From Octopus vulgaris (Eukaryota), in the NCBI GenBank assembly GCA_951406725.2, contig OX597814.1, forward strand, positions 109,988,001-110,052,000: a stretch of DNA of 64,000 nt, read 5' to 3'. How positions within the stretch are numbered: position 1 is the first letter of the stretch; every line of letters starts with the position of its first letter. Positions 12,877-25,959 of this stretch are shown one piece after another. Made by a program: the position numbers and the translations under genes. The notes beneath the pieces were generated by a model. The model worked only from the letters and a program-made list of their open reading frames with translations. It had not been told where the DNA came from and did no database searches.

Positions 12877-13099
12877 GTTTCAAATTTTGCCTCAAGGGCA
12901 GCAATTTTCGGGGAGAGGATGAGTCAATTACATTGACCCCAGTGTTCAACTGGTACTTATTTTATCGACCCCGAGAAGAGGAAAGGTAAAATCAGCCTTG
13001 ATGAAATTGAAACTCAGAATGTTGTGATAGGCGAAATATTGCTAAGCATTTCGTCTGACGATTCTGCCCACTCACTACTTTTCTATAATAATAATAACA

Positions 13100-13345
13100 A
13101 ACTTATTTTATACAATGCTCAGGCGCACTTCAACTTATTAGAAAGAGTAGCCAAAACTGCATGAACAGCTCAACATAGAATAATGCATTGGGAGTTTGAA
13201 CAGTGAAGGGGTTGTGGTTGTTTAAAAGAAAAAATGGTGGGGGCATCAGGTGTATGGTTGGCAAGATTCGGGAAGCATGAAAATTTTTAAGGGTGTAGTG
13301 TTCTGACAGCTAGCAACTGATGTGAATAGTTTATTCTGAGTGAAA
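13100..13345 (-). mobile_element. CR1-like LINE 3' fragment
   Basis: Degraded reverse complement of the 14950-15272 / 25960-26382 family. Confidence 0.6.
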
Positions 13346-13354
13346 AAAATGTTT

Positions 13355-13592
13355 TATTCTTATTTGTTTATTGCCCACAAGGGGCTAAACATAGGGGGGA
13401 CAAACAAGGACAGACAAGGGATTAAGTCAATTACATCGACCCCAGAGCGTAACTGGTACTTACTTTATTGACCCCGAAAGGATGAAAGGCAAAGTTGACC
13501 TCGACGGAATTTGAACTCAGAACGTAAAGACAGACGAAATACTGCTAAGCATTTTGCCCGGTGTGCTAACGTTTCTGCCAGCTCGCCACCTT
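13355..13592 (-). mobile_element. tRNA-derived SINE family B (MetaSINE-like central domain)
   Basis: Reverse complement starts aaggtggcgagctggcagaaacgttagc and contains GCCTTTCATCCTTTCGGGGTC..AAGTACCAG; other copies near 8050, 9710, 12876, 47880, 57590 and 63945. Confidence 0.8.
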
Positions 13593-14052
13593 CTTTTATT
13601 CTTTATAACAAGTACTTAGGCTCTAACACAGAGGGGACAACACAAGGACAAACATAATACCACAGTGGGGACAAAAACATAAAACCGATGACATGAAATG
13701 TATAAATTAATGATAATGAAATGGCTATATTGAGCCCCAATGTTTCTGAAAGTCATGGGTGCTGTGTTGTTTGATTTTGTAACCATGTCCATAAATTTTA
13801 GACATATGGAATTCAAAAAGGTGTCCAAGATGGTGGTTAATCTTGTGGGTGTCTACCAAATCAGTTGTCAGACAGTGGAGCTTTAATGTGTCCATGTCCA
13901 GGGAAGCAAGACGTTCAGAGTATGGTAGATGCCTGAGGAAAAATAGTTAAGAAGAAAAGGGAGAGATATTAAAAGAGATGAGAGTTGAGGAGTGGGATGA
14001 GGTGAGTGGGAGAATATAAGGTGATGAAGAAGAAGGAAAAGAAGGTGGGCTT

Positions 14053-14290
14053 TAAGGTGGCGAGCTGGCAGAAACGTTAGCATGCCAGGCAAAATACTTA
14101 GCGGTATTTCGTCTGCCGTTACGTTCTGAGTTCAAATTCCGCTGTGGTCGACTTTGCCTTTCATCCTTTCGGGGTCGATTAAATAAGTACCAGTTACGCA
14201 CTGGGGTCGATGTAATTGACTTAATCCCTTTGTCTGTCCTTATTTGTGCCCTCTATGTTTAGCCCCTTGTGGGCAATAAAGAACTAAGAA
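14053..14290 (+). mobile_element. SINE family B, full length
   Basis: A-box-like GAGCTGGCAGAAACGTTAGC, B-box GAGTTCAAATTCC, Meta-like domain, A-rich tail. Confidence 0.85.
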
Positions 14291-14949
14291 GAGAAAGAAG
14301 ATGTGGGGATGGATTATGAAAGATCTAAAAATAAAGACAGTCTGCATCCATTTTTGACCTTTCAGTTCACCAATGATGATTTATTTTTGTCTGGGACACA
14401 ATGTTACGCTCTTTTTATGAGAGTTGTAAAAGTAGAGCTAAATATATTACTGGTATTTATTTTATCAACCAAAGTTGGACAGTCTTTGAAAACTGGAAAG
14501 TTAGATTCTAAAATTCAAAAAATGGGACATGTGGCAGTGCTCCTGATACAACATTACATGTAGCAGTATAAATGAGACAACAGAACATGTAGTGTTCTTT
14601 GTGCAACTGCACATATTGCCATGTTTCTTACACAAGAGAACATGTAGTAAAACACTGTCCCATTGTATAACCCTCCATTCAGATCACTTTGTCAAGCATA
14701 ATAATCCTTATTTATTCACATTGTTTTACATTTAGTTGTGCATTACCTGGTAGCTTTGACAGTTCAAAGATGGTAGAGGCCAGACAGGGCCAGTCAGAAC
14801 ATAAAACAAGAAAGATATATGGGCCAGATTTAGTCGGTTTCAATGCTAAAGGGATACACAACCTGGTGTAATATCCTGCTGTACTCCATTATATTTTATG
14901 CAAATGGCTTCTAAGCAATGCAGTCGTTTTCAAATGATTTGTTCAAATA

Positions 14950-15272
14950 TCTCAACACAAGAACGTGGACATGTTTTACTAAGTCAGAAAACAGCACAGC
15001 TCCCATGACTTTCGGAAACATTTTTTTCATGCTAAGAGTTGTTAGTTGTCAGTTGTTAGTTGTCAGAGCACTGCATCCTTGAAAACTTCCATGCTTCCTG
15101 AGATTCGCCAACACTACACATGATTTTCTCCCCTCCATACACACGCAAGCATGTATCTGATTCATACACTGTTCGCTTTCCAGACATTTGTACATTACTG
15201 CATATACTTTATACGCACTTTTGACAAGTTGTGGTGCACCTGAGCACTGTATACAATAATTTCATTATTATT
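14950..15272 (+). mobile_element. CR1-like LINE 3' end
   Basis: Fragments TRTRGH..KVRKQHSSHDFRKHFF..RV..KTSMLPEIRQHY; ends in an (ATT)n-like tail. Confidence 0.7.
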
Positions 15273-15693
15273 TTAAGAAGTGAAACGAACAGCAGGAAGC
15301 AAGAATGGTGACCTTATTGAGTTATGTTGTTTTACATTTGGAGTTCAAATCCTACTCGAGTTTATTTTATTGCTGATCATACTGCCCATGCAATGTGGTC
15401 CCTGAATTTGCTAGAAACAGCAGCCAAATTTCCCTTAAGTCAAATTATTGTTTTAGATGAGGGACACATTAAGACAAAGATAGTCCTTTCTATACAAATA
15501 TATGCTAGGATGAAACACCCCTTTGTGATAGGTTTGTCTTATCAAGGCTGATCTACAATTACAGCTGAGTGGTCAAGGAGTTCACTTCATAACCACATGG
15601 TTTGGGGTTCAGTCTCATTGTGCAGTACCTTGGACAATTTTTTTATACAGTTGCCATGGGCCAATCAGTGCCTTATATATATACATGTATATA

Positions 15694-16895
15694 CAGAGTG
15701 TGATGGGTAAAGTGTCACCATTTTGTATTTTTGGTTTTGCACATGTTCATTGCTTGTTTTTGATTTTGTTGTCTACATAGTATAGTAGGGTTAGCTGAGC
15801 ACAGGCTGAGGAAAACAGCACCATGATGCAATTCACTCTGCCAGAAATTTGGAAACGACATGTTGTACTGCTTGGCATTTGCACTGGAAGTTCCAATACA
15901 AATATTTCAGAGTATTTTGGGTGTCAAACTGAGGACAGTGCTGAGGACTTGGAAAGAATTGGATGAGTCTAATGGTGATTATGAAAGTATGGCAACTCAG
16001 AAAAATCACTCTGATCGTTCTGATAAGAAAAGAAATCCTGAATTTGTTGGTGAGATCCAGGCGATGATTAACAACAATCCCTCCAAGTCAATCAGGGACA
16101 TGGGAGTGTCTGAGTTTCTTACAAGGCAGGAAGATATTCAGTATTCCTCATACAAGATGACAAAGGGCAAATTTTTATCTCAAGCCATCAAGGACAAGAG
16201 GAAAGACTACGAAGCTTTTGAACAAACTCAAGCATACCCTCCAACCAAACATACCATTGACAGCTGTGTCCCCAAAACATGTACTGAGAGTGATAAAAAT
16301 CAAACATCCAGTCAACATTATGGTGCTTGGAGTGATCACTAGTGATGGCAACATTATGCCTCCATCTTTCCACATGGCCTCACACTCCACACGGATGCCT
16401 CCATCAAGTATCTGGATGAGGTAGTGTCACCCTGGGTCAAGAGGGTGGCTGCTGGAAGACCCTATATCTGGCAACAGGACTCTGCACCATATCACACAAG
16501 CAGGAGAACCCGGTCATGGCTTGTCAGACAATTTCTGCGACCGCATCACTCCTAACATCTGGCCACTTTACCGTAACCCCTTGATTATTATGTGTGGAGT
16601 ACAGTAGAGTGAGAGACCAGCAAAATGCATTGTAACACCAAAGATGAACTGAAGACAAGAATTATGGCAGCATTCACCAACTTAAACTAGGAGACTGTCC
16701 AGAAGAGTTTCAGGAGATTCTGAAGTCATCCGGAGGCCATGGTTGAAGCCAAATGGTGATTTTATTGAATAAATTTATTATTTAGTATTTCAAGATATTT
16801 TTATGTAATTTTGGTAAATACATCTGTTAAAATGAGATATCAGTGTTATTTTCATTTTTTCATAATTTAGACGACAGTTTATTCACCACACCCTG
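15694..16895 (+). mobile_element. Tc1/mariner-superfamily transposon relic, DD37D (maT-like)
   Basis: Imperfect TIRs CAGAGTGTGATG..TAAA / TTTATTCACCACACCCTG with TA at the left end; frameshifted transposase IMVLGVITSDG...VAAGRPYIWQQDSAPYHTS...IWP...PLDYYVW...TKDELKTRI. Confidence 0.85.
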
Positions 16896-16974
16896 AATAT
16901 ATCCACACATACATTCACACATATGTACATACATGCATGCATGCATACACACACACACACACACACATATATAT

Positions 16975-17300
16975 AACTGGCACTCCATCAGTTACAACAA
17001 CAAGTGTTCCAGTTGATCCAATCAACGAAACAACCTGCTCCTGAAATTAACATGCAAATGGCTGAGTACTCCACAGACGCATGTAGCCTTAACATAGTTC
17101 TCTGGTAGATTCAGCATGACACAGGATGTGATAAGGCTGGTCCCTTTGAATTACAGGAACAACTTGTTTTAACCATCTGAGTGGACTGGAGCAACGTGAA
17201 ATAAAATGTCTTACTCAAGGACACAATGTGTGGCTGGGAATCGAACTCATGATTTTATAATCATAAGTGAAATACCCTGACCACTAAGCCACATATCTTC
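16975..17300 (-). mobile_element. tRNA-derived SINE family D
   Basis: Reverse complement of 32942-33270. Confidence 0.7.
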
Positions 17301-17342
17301 TTATCATATCAAATTATATATATATGTGTGTGTGTGTGTGTG

Positions 17343-17680
17343 TGAAGGCACATGGCTCAGTGGTTACAGCGTCGAACTTACAACTGTGAGGTTGTGAGTT
17401 TGATTCCCGGACTGAGCTGCGTGTTGTGTTCTTGAGCAAGACACTTTATTTCACATTGCTCCAGTTCACTCAGCTGTAGAAATGAGTTGTGATGTCACTG
17501 GTGCCAAGCTGTATCGGCCCCTTTGCCTTTCCCTTGGATAACATCGGTGGCGTGGAGAGGGGAAGCTGGTAGGCATGGGCAACTACTGGTCTTCTATAAG
17601 CAACCTTGCCCGGACTCATGCCTCGGAAGGTAACTTTCTAGGTGCAATTCCATGGTCATTCGTGACTGAAGGGGGTCTCT
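17343..17680 (+). mobile_element. tRNA-derived SINE family C, full length
   Basis: A box TGGCTCAGTGG, B-box-like GTTTGATTCCC, CORE-like CTTGAGCAAGACACTTTA. Confidence 0.8.
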
Positions 17681-17704
17681 GGCTCCGGTATATATATATA
17701 TATA

Positions 17705-18400
17705 TAAAATCAGAATAAGCAACAGGACATCAAGAAGTGATGCAGTACAACCATTCCAAGCAGCTCCTTCTAATTGAACATTGCAATCATTACACCAATT
17801 GAAATGTAGAGCTATCATCTGCTGCACATGATTTAGGGTTTTCTTAGCCCCCTTTTATAGACAGTTACTCTATACCCAATTTACTACTCCTAATGTCTTG
17901 ACAATATTTATGACCATACCTAGCCATGAGCTGTCAACTCACCCTTGCCCTTCATTCTAAACAGACACAGTCCTCTAGTCTTAGATTTCATAGTTGATAA
18001 AAGGACAAATAAATTAGAAATGAACCAAAATCCTTTACAAGCTATGACCGCAGTGGGCTTCACACTTTCTTGGAAGTGTAGTATATTCTTAGCTACAATA
18101 TTGACAACATGGATTTCTACCATCTTCTTGCTCTGTTAAAGTATTTGAGAAAAATTATATTAATGTGTCCAACTGGTTAAAATTCTGTTTATTTGTGCAG
18201 CTGATGATAGCCCTGCATTTAAATTGATGTAATGATTGCATTGTTCAATAAAATGGAGCTGCTTGAAAAGGGCATACAGCATCACTTCTTGATATCCTGT
18301 TGCTTATTTTGATTTTATTCACCTTACTTCGAGCTGTGCTGATAATACCAGACTGACTTGATGCTTCAACTTAAGTACCTAATTCAACTGAATCTCAATT
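17705..18400. mobile_element. PLE-like relic with an outward-pointing pair of long-stem-II hammerheads
   Basis: 17705-17827 is inverted to 18195-18320; plus TGCAG-CTGATGA...GAAA..TA-CAGCA (18196-18281), minus TGCAG-CAGATGA...GGAA..GTA-CTGCA; 18328-18400 matches 61768-61840. Confidence 0.65.
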
Positions 18401-18921
18401 TTTCATGGTTCAACCTTTATTTCACAGACATTCTATTTATAAATGTTCTAAAATCTTCACAGCCTCGGTTTTTTTATCTCATTCTGAAAAAAATTTTTTT
18501 TATATACACACATGCTGATATATCACCTATGTTGGACTCTTCATTCACATAATCACCGAACCTGGAGCTTAACTATGGTCTGTCCATAGCACTTACTCAG
18601 CATTACCTGACACCTTTGGGTTTTATTGACACCATTACCTCTCATAGCCTCTCTATATATATATACAGACTATAGTTGAGAGTTTGATGTGTTCAGTATA
18701 GAAAACCCGTAGTAGAGCTCAAATGAATTTTGAACATAAACTCCAAATTCTTCATCCTGGAATAGATCCATTGCATCAAGGGTGGCTATAAGAGAAATCC
18801 AAGATGAGCTGATATGGAGGTAATTAAGTAGATAAACTCAATTCGGCTAAACACACACACACACATATTTGCATAGAGCACAAAAAGTACAGAATACTAA
18901 GAAGAGAATACATAAGTTCTT

Positions 18922-19036
18922 AATTCGACAGCTGTTTCAAGAGCCTCAGATTTATGTAATGTGCAAAAGGTCTTGGGTATAGAACCAGTAAATAGTCACA
19001 CAGAGATATTGCCTTAAGTCCAGCTCCTTTCATTCC
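18922..19036 (-). ncRNA. Decayed long-stem-II hammerhead
   Basis: Minus strand GGAGC...(~85 nt)...GCTCTT-GAAAC AGCT GTC; 5' core not intact. Confidence 0.35.
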
Positions 19037-19077
19037 TTCATGTTTATCTGTATCACTACATCTCTCTTTGTCTAAGC

Positions 19078-19170
<93 letters not shown>

Positions 19171-19929
19171 TATGATAGGCTTCCATACAGTTTCCCCTCT
19201 ATAAAACTCATTCACAAGACCTTAGTATGCTTGAGGCAACAGTAAAAGACAGTTACCCAATGTGCTACATGGTGAGATTGAACCCAAAACCATCTGGTTA
19301 TGAAGCAAATGTCTTAACCACACAGTCATGCCTATTCATTCATTCATTCATTTATTTATGTGTTGTTTGAGAAATACCTCAAAAGTTTTCTTTCTTACAG
19401 CCCAGAATATATATATATACACATACAAAATAAATAATGAAGATGAATAAAAGCTCTAACAGTATTAAACAAACCTTAGTATTGATATCTTGTGAAACAT
19501 TTCTATTTCCATAATGTAACCTCTTCTTAATGTCTTTGCACAGCATGTGTGTGTGTGTGTGTGCGTGTGTGTTTTTATTTCTGTTGTACAAATCATAAAT
19601 GCAGTAATGAAGTTATTTTTGTTTTTTTGACATGCTAAAATATTTTCAATCCAAGAAGAGTCAAGTCAGAGTAACTTCATAGTTTTGCAGCCAGCTCCTC
19701 CTGCATAAACAATACATTCTGTCCATTTACCATTGTTACTGCTATGGCAATTATTTACATTTGTCTTCCTTCTTCCTCTCTTTCTCATTCTATACAATGT
19801 TGTCTTTGCCGTTTTTGCTCTTTGCTGCTGCTGCTGCAGAGTCAAGTTTCTGCAGGATGTCTTTCATTATTATTTTCTCATTAAAAGATTCCTATGGCGA
19901 ACATAAAAATATTTTCTTTCAGAAGTTTT

Positions 19930-20790
19930 ACTGGGTGGCCAGGTTGTATGGCTGTATGGCTAGGTCTATGGTGGTATGGCTAGCTGTGTGGTCCTGTGGC
20001 TATTTGTATGACAGCATGGCTAGTTGTATGGCCCTGTGGCTAGTTTTATGGCCATATGGTTAGTTGTATGGCCATGTGGTTATTTGTATGACATCATGGC
20101 TAGTTGTATGGCCCTGTGGCTAGTTTTATGGCCATGTGGCTAGTTTTATGGCCATATGGTTAGTTGTATGGCCATGTGGTTATTTGTATGACATCATGGC
20201 TAGTTGTATGGCCCTGTGGCTAGTTTTATGGCCATGTGGTTAGTTGTATGGCCATGTGGTTATTTGTATGACATCATGGCTAGTTGTATAGCCCTGTGGC
20301 TAGTTTTATGGCCATGTGGTTAGTTGTATGGCCATGTGGTTATTTGTATGACATCATGGCTAGTTGTATGGCCCTGTGGCTAGTTTTATGGCCATGTGGT
20401 TAGTTGTATGGCCATGTGGTTATTTGTATGACATCATGGCTAGTCATATTGTCCTGTGGCTAGTTTTATATCTGTATGGCTAGTTGTATGGCCCTGTGGC
20501 TAGTTTTATGGCCATATGGTTAGTTGTATGGCCATGTGGTTATTTGTATGACATCATGGCTAGTTGTATGGCCCTGTGGCTAGTTTTATGGCCATGTGGT
20601 TAGTTGTATGGCCATGTGGTTATTTGTATGACATCATGGCTAGTCATATGATCCTGTGGCTAGTTTTATATCTGTATGGCTAGTTGTATGACTCTGTGGT
20701 TAGTTTTATGGCCGTATGGCTAGTTGTATGTCCATGTGGCTGGTTATATGGCTATGTCACTAGTTGTATGGCTATGTGGCTAGTTAACTG
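19930..20790. repeat. 20-bp minisatellite with 80-bp and ~200-bp higher-order repeats
   Basis: Monomer ~TAGTTGTATGGCCATGTGGC; four variant monomers recur in a fixed order. Confidence 0.95.
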
Positions 20791-21057
20791 GGTAGCAAGT
20801 TCTGTAGTTGTAATGGTTAAGTGGGTGGGTAGCTAGTTGTACAACTATGTCGTTAACAGTTGCATAACTGTGTCAATTGACTGCTTAAGTAGATGTACAA
20901 GTGATTTAGTTAACTGGGTGGAGGTGGGGTGGTTAATTTTGTGGCTATGATTGTTAACAGGGTAGCGAATTGTTTCCCTGTGATGATTAAATGGGTAGCA
21001 GTAAACTGGTCAGAAAATATTATAGTTGAGATAATCAACCCGGTGTGTAGTTGTATG

Positions 21058-21475
21058 TCATCATCATCATCATCATCATCATCGTTTAGCGTCCACTTTC
21101 CATGTTGGCATGGGTTGGATGATTTGACTGAGGACTGGTGAACCAGATGGCTGCACCAGGCTCCAATCTGATCTGGCACAGTTTCTACAGCTGGGTGCCC
21201 TTCCTAACAGTAACCACTCTGAGAATGTAGTGGGTGCTTTTACGTGCCAGCGGCACGAGGACCAGTCAGGCAATAGTGGAAATGGCCATACCCAAATGGT
21301 GTTTTTTATGTGCCACCTGCACAGGAGCCAGTCCAGCAGCACTGGCAACAACCTTGCTCAAATATTTTTTCACGTGCCACCGGCACAAGTGCCAGTAAGG
21401 TGATGCTGGTAACGATCACGCTCGAATGGTGCTTTTTACATGCCAGTGGCACGGAAGCCAGTTTGCTGCTCTGTG
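21058..21475 (-). mobile_element. RTE 3'UTR stub with four hairpin modules
   Basis: (CAT)n tail at the left end, AAGGGCA.CCAGCTGTAG motif, four ~68-bp modules. Confidence 0.85.
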
Positions 21476-21647
21476 TGTGAAATGATATAAAAGTGAAAAT
21501 TGGTAAAGAGAAATTAGTAATTGACTCTTTCAGTCTCTATGATAATGTTTGAAGAATACGATTCTTGAAAACTGGCTCTTGTTATAGAACATGTTCTTAC
21601 TTGCATTTTTCTGCAGGTTAAACCAAACTGAACAAATGATGAATGTA

Positions 21648-22058
21648 TACTCTTTTACTCTTTCACTTCTTTCAGTCATTTGACTGCAGCCATGCTGGAG
21701 CATCGCATTTAGTCGAGCAAATCGACCCCAGGACTTATTCTTTGTAAGCCTAGTACTTATTCTACCAATCTTTTTTGCCAAACCGCTAAGTTACAGGGAC
21801 GTAAACACACCAGCATTGGTTGTCAAGCGATGTTGGGGGGACAAACACAGACACACAAATGTACACACATACATACATACATATATATATATATACGATG
21901 GGCTTCTTTCAGTTTTCATCTACCAAATCCACTCACAAGGCTTTGGTCGGCCCAAGGCTATAGTAGAAGACACTTGCCCAAGGTGCTACACAGTGGGACT
22001 GAACCCGGAACCATGTGGTTCGTAAGCAAGCTACTTACCTCACAGCCACTCCTACGCC
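21648..22058 (-). mobile_element. SINE family A, full length
   Basis: Complete match to the reverse complement of 52216-52625. Confidence 0.9.
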
Positions 22059-22799
22059 TGTATGTATACATCCACACACACACACACACCTCATCATCAT
22101 TATTTAATATCTGTCTTCAATGCTGGCATGGGTTGGATGGTTTGACAGAAATTGGTAAGCAAAGAGGACTAAAACAAGCTCAGCTGTCTGCTTTGGCAGG
22201 GTTTCTACAGCTGGATGCCCTTCCTAATGCCAACACTTCACAGAATCTAAGCAGAACAATTAAAAACTACAAGAATTTTCAAAAGTCCAATATGTAAGAT
22301 ATAGCATTAGCTTTTGCCAAATTCCAGCGATGAAGCCTCTGTTTATTTCAAAACCAATTCCTTCCTTATAGGATGAACCCCTTATAAATTAACCCCGTCA
22401 GACCTGGACCATCTGTGTCTAACTTTACCCTCTCAAACTTGGGCTCCTGAGCAACAAAATGAAATAGTTGCATACACAGCTCAAGAGTAACAATTGCAAG
22501 CAAACTAATGGACAGAATCACAAAAAAACATTCACGAAAATAACAATAATAGGCCTGTCCTTTAACAGCCATATTTGTTTGCTTGAGTTGCTTCTTCCCT
22601 TGTCACCTTCACCAGCTTGATTGCCCAAATCACTCTACTGGTGTGACTGTAAACTTTGTCCATAGAATAAATATCATCAATAATTTCCTCAATTCCAAGG
22701 AGTCTGGGCCTTGCTCATTTACGAGACAAAATGCTGGATTCATCACGCGTTCATTTCATCACAAAATCAATGTTTTTTTCATAAACACACTTACCCTTT

Positions 22800-23378
22800 A
22801 CCCTTTGACTTGTTTCAGTCATTCGACTGTGGCCATGCAGGAGCACCGCCTTTAATTGAACAATCACCTTCAGGAATTATTCTTTGTAAATCTAGTACTT
22901 ATTCTATCAGTCTCTTTTGCTGAACTGCTAAATTACGGGGATGTAAACACACCAGCATCAGTTGTCAAGCAATGGTGTGCTGGTGGTATGCAAAACTGTG
23001 CCAATGGCATGTAAAACTGCACTGGTGGCACAAAAGAAGCACCCACTATACTCTCGAAGTGGTTGGCATTAGGAAGGGCATCCAGCTGTAGAAACCTTGC
23101 CAGATCAGATTGGAGCCTGGTGCAGCCTCCTGGCTTGCCAGTTCTCAGTCAAACCATCCAACCCATGCCAGCATGGAAAACAGATGTTAAGCAGTGATGA
23201 TGATGATGATGATATATGACAGGCTTCTTTCAGATTCCATCTACCAAATCCACTCACAAGGCTTTGGTCGGCTTGAGGTTATAGTAGAAGACACTTGCCC
23301 AAGTTGCCACGCAGTGGGACTGAACCCAGAACCATGTGGTTGGTAAGCAAGCTACTTCCCACACAGCCACACCTGTGC
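22800..23378 (-). mobile_element. SINE family A interrupted by an RTE 3' stub (about 22975-23212, +)
   Basis: SINE halves flank a (GAT)n-tailed insert. Confidence 0.75.
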
Positions 23379-23629
23379 CTAATTTTTGTATCTTATCTGC
23401 TGTTTTCTGCTGTGTGGTTCGTTACTCCAGCTAGGATGACATTTAAGCTACTCCTAATAAGGCAAGAACATGGCATGACAGGGCTGAAATGAGTCCCACA
23501 TAAAAGCATAGCTGTCACTCACAAGGGAGGATGGCTTGATGATAGGGGCCAGGCTTTCATTAATTGTCTTAAGTTTTTATGTTACTGTGGTCAGACATGG
23601 GTATGGTCTGGTGTCCTCTCACCCTAGAC

Positions 23630-24334
23630 CATAGGTTCTCAAAGTGGAACACCCTCACCCGGTAGGTGTTGAGAGGGTCCAGGTAAGCGCTGGTATCTAA
23701 GGGGACAGTGCGGGTGGGGGCAGCATTAGAAAAAAAAGAGTCATTGGGAGAAGGCAGTGGATTGGGGGATGCTATGAATCTATAATATTATTATAGTATT
23801 GTGTGGCTGGGTGGTAAGTAGCTTGCTTTCCAACCGTATGGTTCCAGGTTCAGTTCCACTGCATGTCACCTTGGGCAAGTGTCTTTTACTATAGCCTCAG
23901 ATCGACCAAAGCCTTGTGAGTGGATTTGGTAGACAGAAACTGAAAGAAGCCCGTCGTGTATATGTATATATGTATGTATGTATATATTTGTGTGTCTGTG
24001 TTTGTTCACCCAACATCGCTTGACAACCGATGCTAATGTGTTTACGTCCCCGTCACTTAGCAGTTCAGCAAAAGAGGCCGATAGAATAAGTACTAGGCTT
24101 ACAAAGAATAAGTCCTGGAGTCAATTTGCTTCACTAAAGGCGGTGCTCCAGCATGGCAACAGTCAAATGACTAAAACAAGTCAAAGAGTATCATATTAAA
24201 TATCAAATGATTCATGGTATATATAAATTAGTAAAATATAAAATATTCAGTTATACATAAAAATGGGGCTAAGGGCACTGGGGGTATTATGTGGCCATGA
24301 GGAGGCGGTGGCCCAAAAAGTGTGAGAACCTCTG
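23630..24334. mobile_element. hAT (Charlie/Buster-like) non-autonomous element carrying a nested SINE A (23800-24190)
   Basis: TIRs CATAGGTTCTCA / TGAGAACCTCTG (11 of 12 match); 8-bp flanks CCCTAGAC / CCCAGGAC (6 of 8). Confidence 0.65.
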
Positions 24335-25389
24335 CCCAGGACTGAATGGAAATTCAGGAGGTGACAGCTGAAGGAAGAGAGAGCTGCATCAGCATTCAGC
24401 TGGTATTTGTTACAGTTGTGTAGACCAGAGTAAATGTGAAATGAAGAGTCTTGCTCAAGGGCAAAATGTGCTGTTCGGTCCAAGAATTGAACACATGATC
24501 TTATGATTATTAACTGGGTGTAAGTACTTAACTGTGTGTCTTGAATTAGATGCATAGCCACATATATACACACACGTACACACATGTGTATATACACGCA
24601 CGTTCATATGTACCCACACATACATACATACATACAAACATACATACATACATACATACATACATACATGCATATATACATACATACATACATACATACA
24701 TACACACCTATACATACATACATACATACATACATACATACATACATACATACATACACAGCAATAGAGATAAAAGGAAGAACTAAAGGGAAAAGGTGAA
24801 AGAAAGAAAAGAAGGAAGAAAGAAAGAAAGAAAGAAAGAAAGGAAGGAAGGAAGAAAGAAAGGAGTTTGTGTGAAATAAGGTGTAGATAATAGTTTAACA
24901 AAGCAGAATGAACTGGCGGTTGAAGAAACTATAAATCAAAATGGAGAGAGAGAGGAGAAGGAGAGAGAGAGGAGAAGGAGAGAGAGGGGAGAGAGGAGAG
25001 AGAGAAATAGGGTGAAGGAAATGAGAGAAGAGGGAGAGATAAAAGAAATAAAGAATATTAAAGAAAGGAGGGGGAAAAGGAGATGATAGAAGGTTAAAAG
25101 AAAATGAACTTTAAAGATCCAATAAATAGTTCTTCGTTAGCCAGTTGTTCGTCTTATTCATTATTCATAAAGATGTGATGTCTCATAGCAACATCTTTTT
25201 CATTTTGTTGCTGTCCAGAATCAATGTGAAATCATTTCCATCAGCAAGCTAACAAAAACATGACTTTATATCTTTTTTTGTTTTTTTTTTGTCAGCTATC
25301 AAGATTGTGGTTATATTTTAATCAAAAGAAAATGGGAAATTATTGCAAGATGTTGCGATGTTCATGCATTTTTTGACTTTATATTCCAA

Positions 25390-25842
25390 CATCATCATCA
25401 TCGTTTAAAGTCTGCTTTCCATGCTGGCATGGGTTGGATGAGGACTGGCAAGCCAGGAGGCTGCACCAGGCTCCAATCTGATCTGGCAAGGTTTCTACAG
25501 CTAGATGCCCTTCCTAATGCCAACCACTCCGAGAGTGTAGTGGGTGCTTTTTACATGCCACCAGCATGGGGGCCAAGTCAGGTGGCACTGGCATCGACCA
25601 TACTCGAATGGCGCTTTTTATGTGCTGCTGGCATGGATGCCAGTCAGGCGGCACTGGCAGTGGCCATAACTATGATTTTACTTGATGCAACAGGTCTTCT
25701 CAAGCACAGCATAATGCCCAACGATTGAAGGGGTATTTTTAAATGAGCCGGTTATGCAACACTGGCATTGGCCACAGCTACAATCTCACTTGGCTTGCCA
25801 GGTCTTCTCAAGCACAGCATATCTCCAAAGGTCTGGGTCAAC
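25390..25842 (-). mobile_element. RTE 3' stub including the ORF end
   Basis: Reverse complement near 25785-25840 encodes DPDLWRYAVLEKTWQAK*, homologous to DRDLWKYAVREKTRQE* at about 43575-43625, followed by modules and the (GAT)n tail. Confidence 0.85.
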
Positions 25843-25959
25843 TTACCCCCTTCCACAGAAATTCCTGGCCACGTGCCAAAATTTGAAACCAATATAATTA
25901 CACTTATAGCTTGGTATTATGGATCCCTCTTTAATGGATTTCGGAAGCAACGGACAAAA

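Noticed and set aside
17343-17415. SINE heads as tRNA genes
   Set aside because: A and B boxes are present but there is no complete cloverleaf and they continue into SINE bodies
21232-21455. CRISPR-like repeat-spacer appearance of the GTGCC-GGT-GGCAC arrays
   Set aside because: The apparent spacers are homologous to each other, the array belongs to a eukaryotic LINE 3'UTR, and there are no cas genes
22260-22760. Unique-looking segment, possibly a decayed TE ORF
   Set aside because: Only short open frames and no motif I can name
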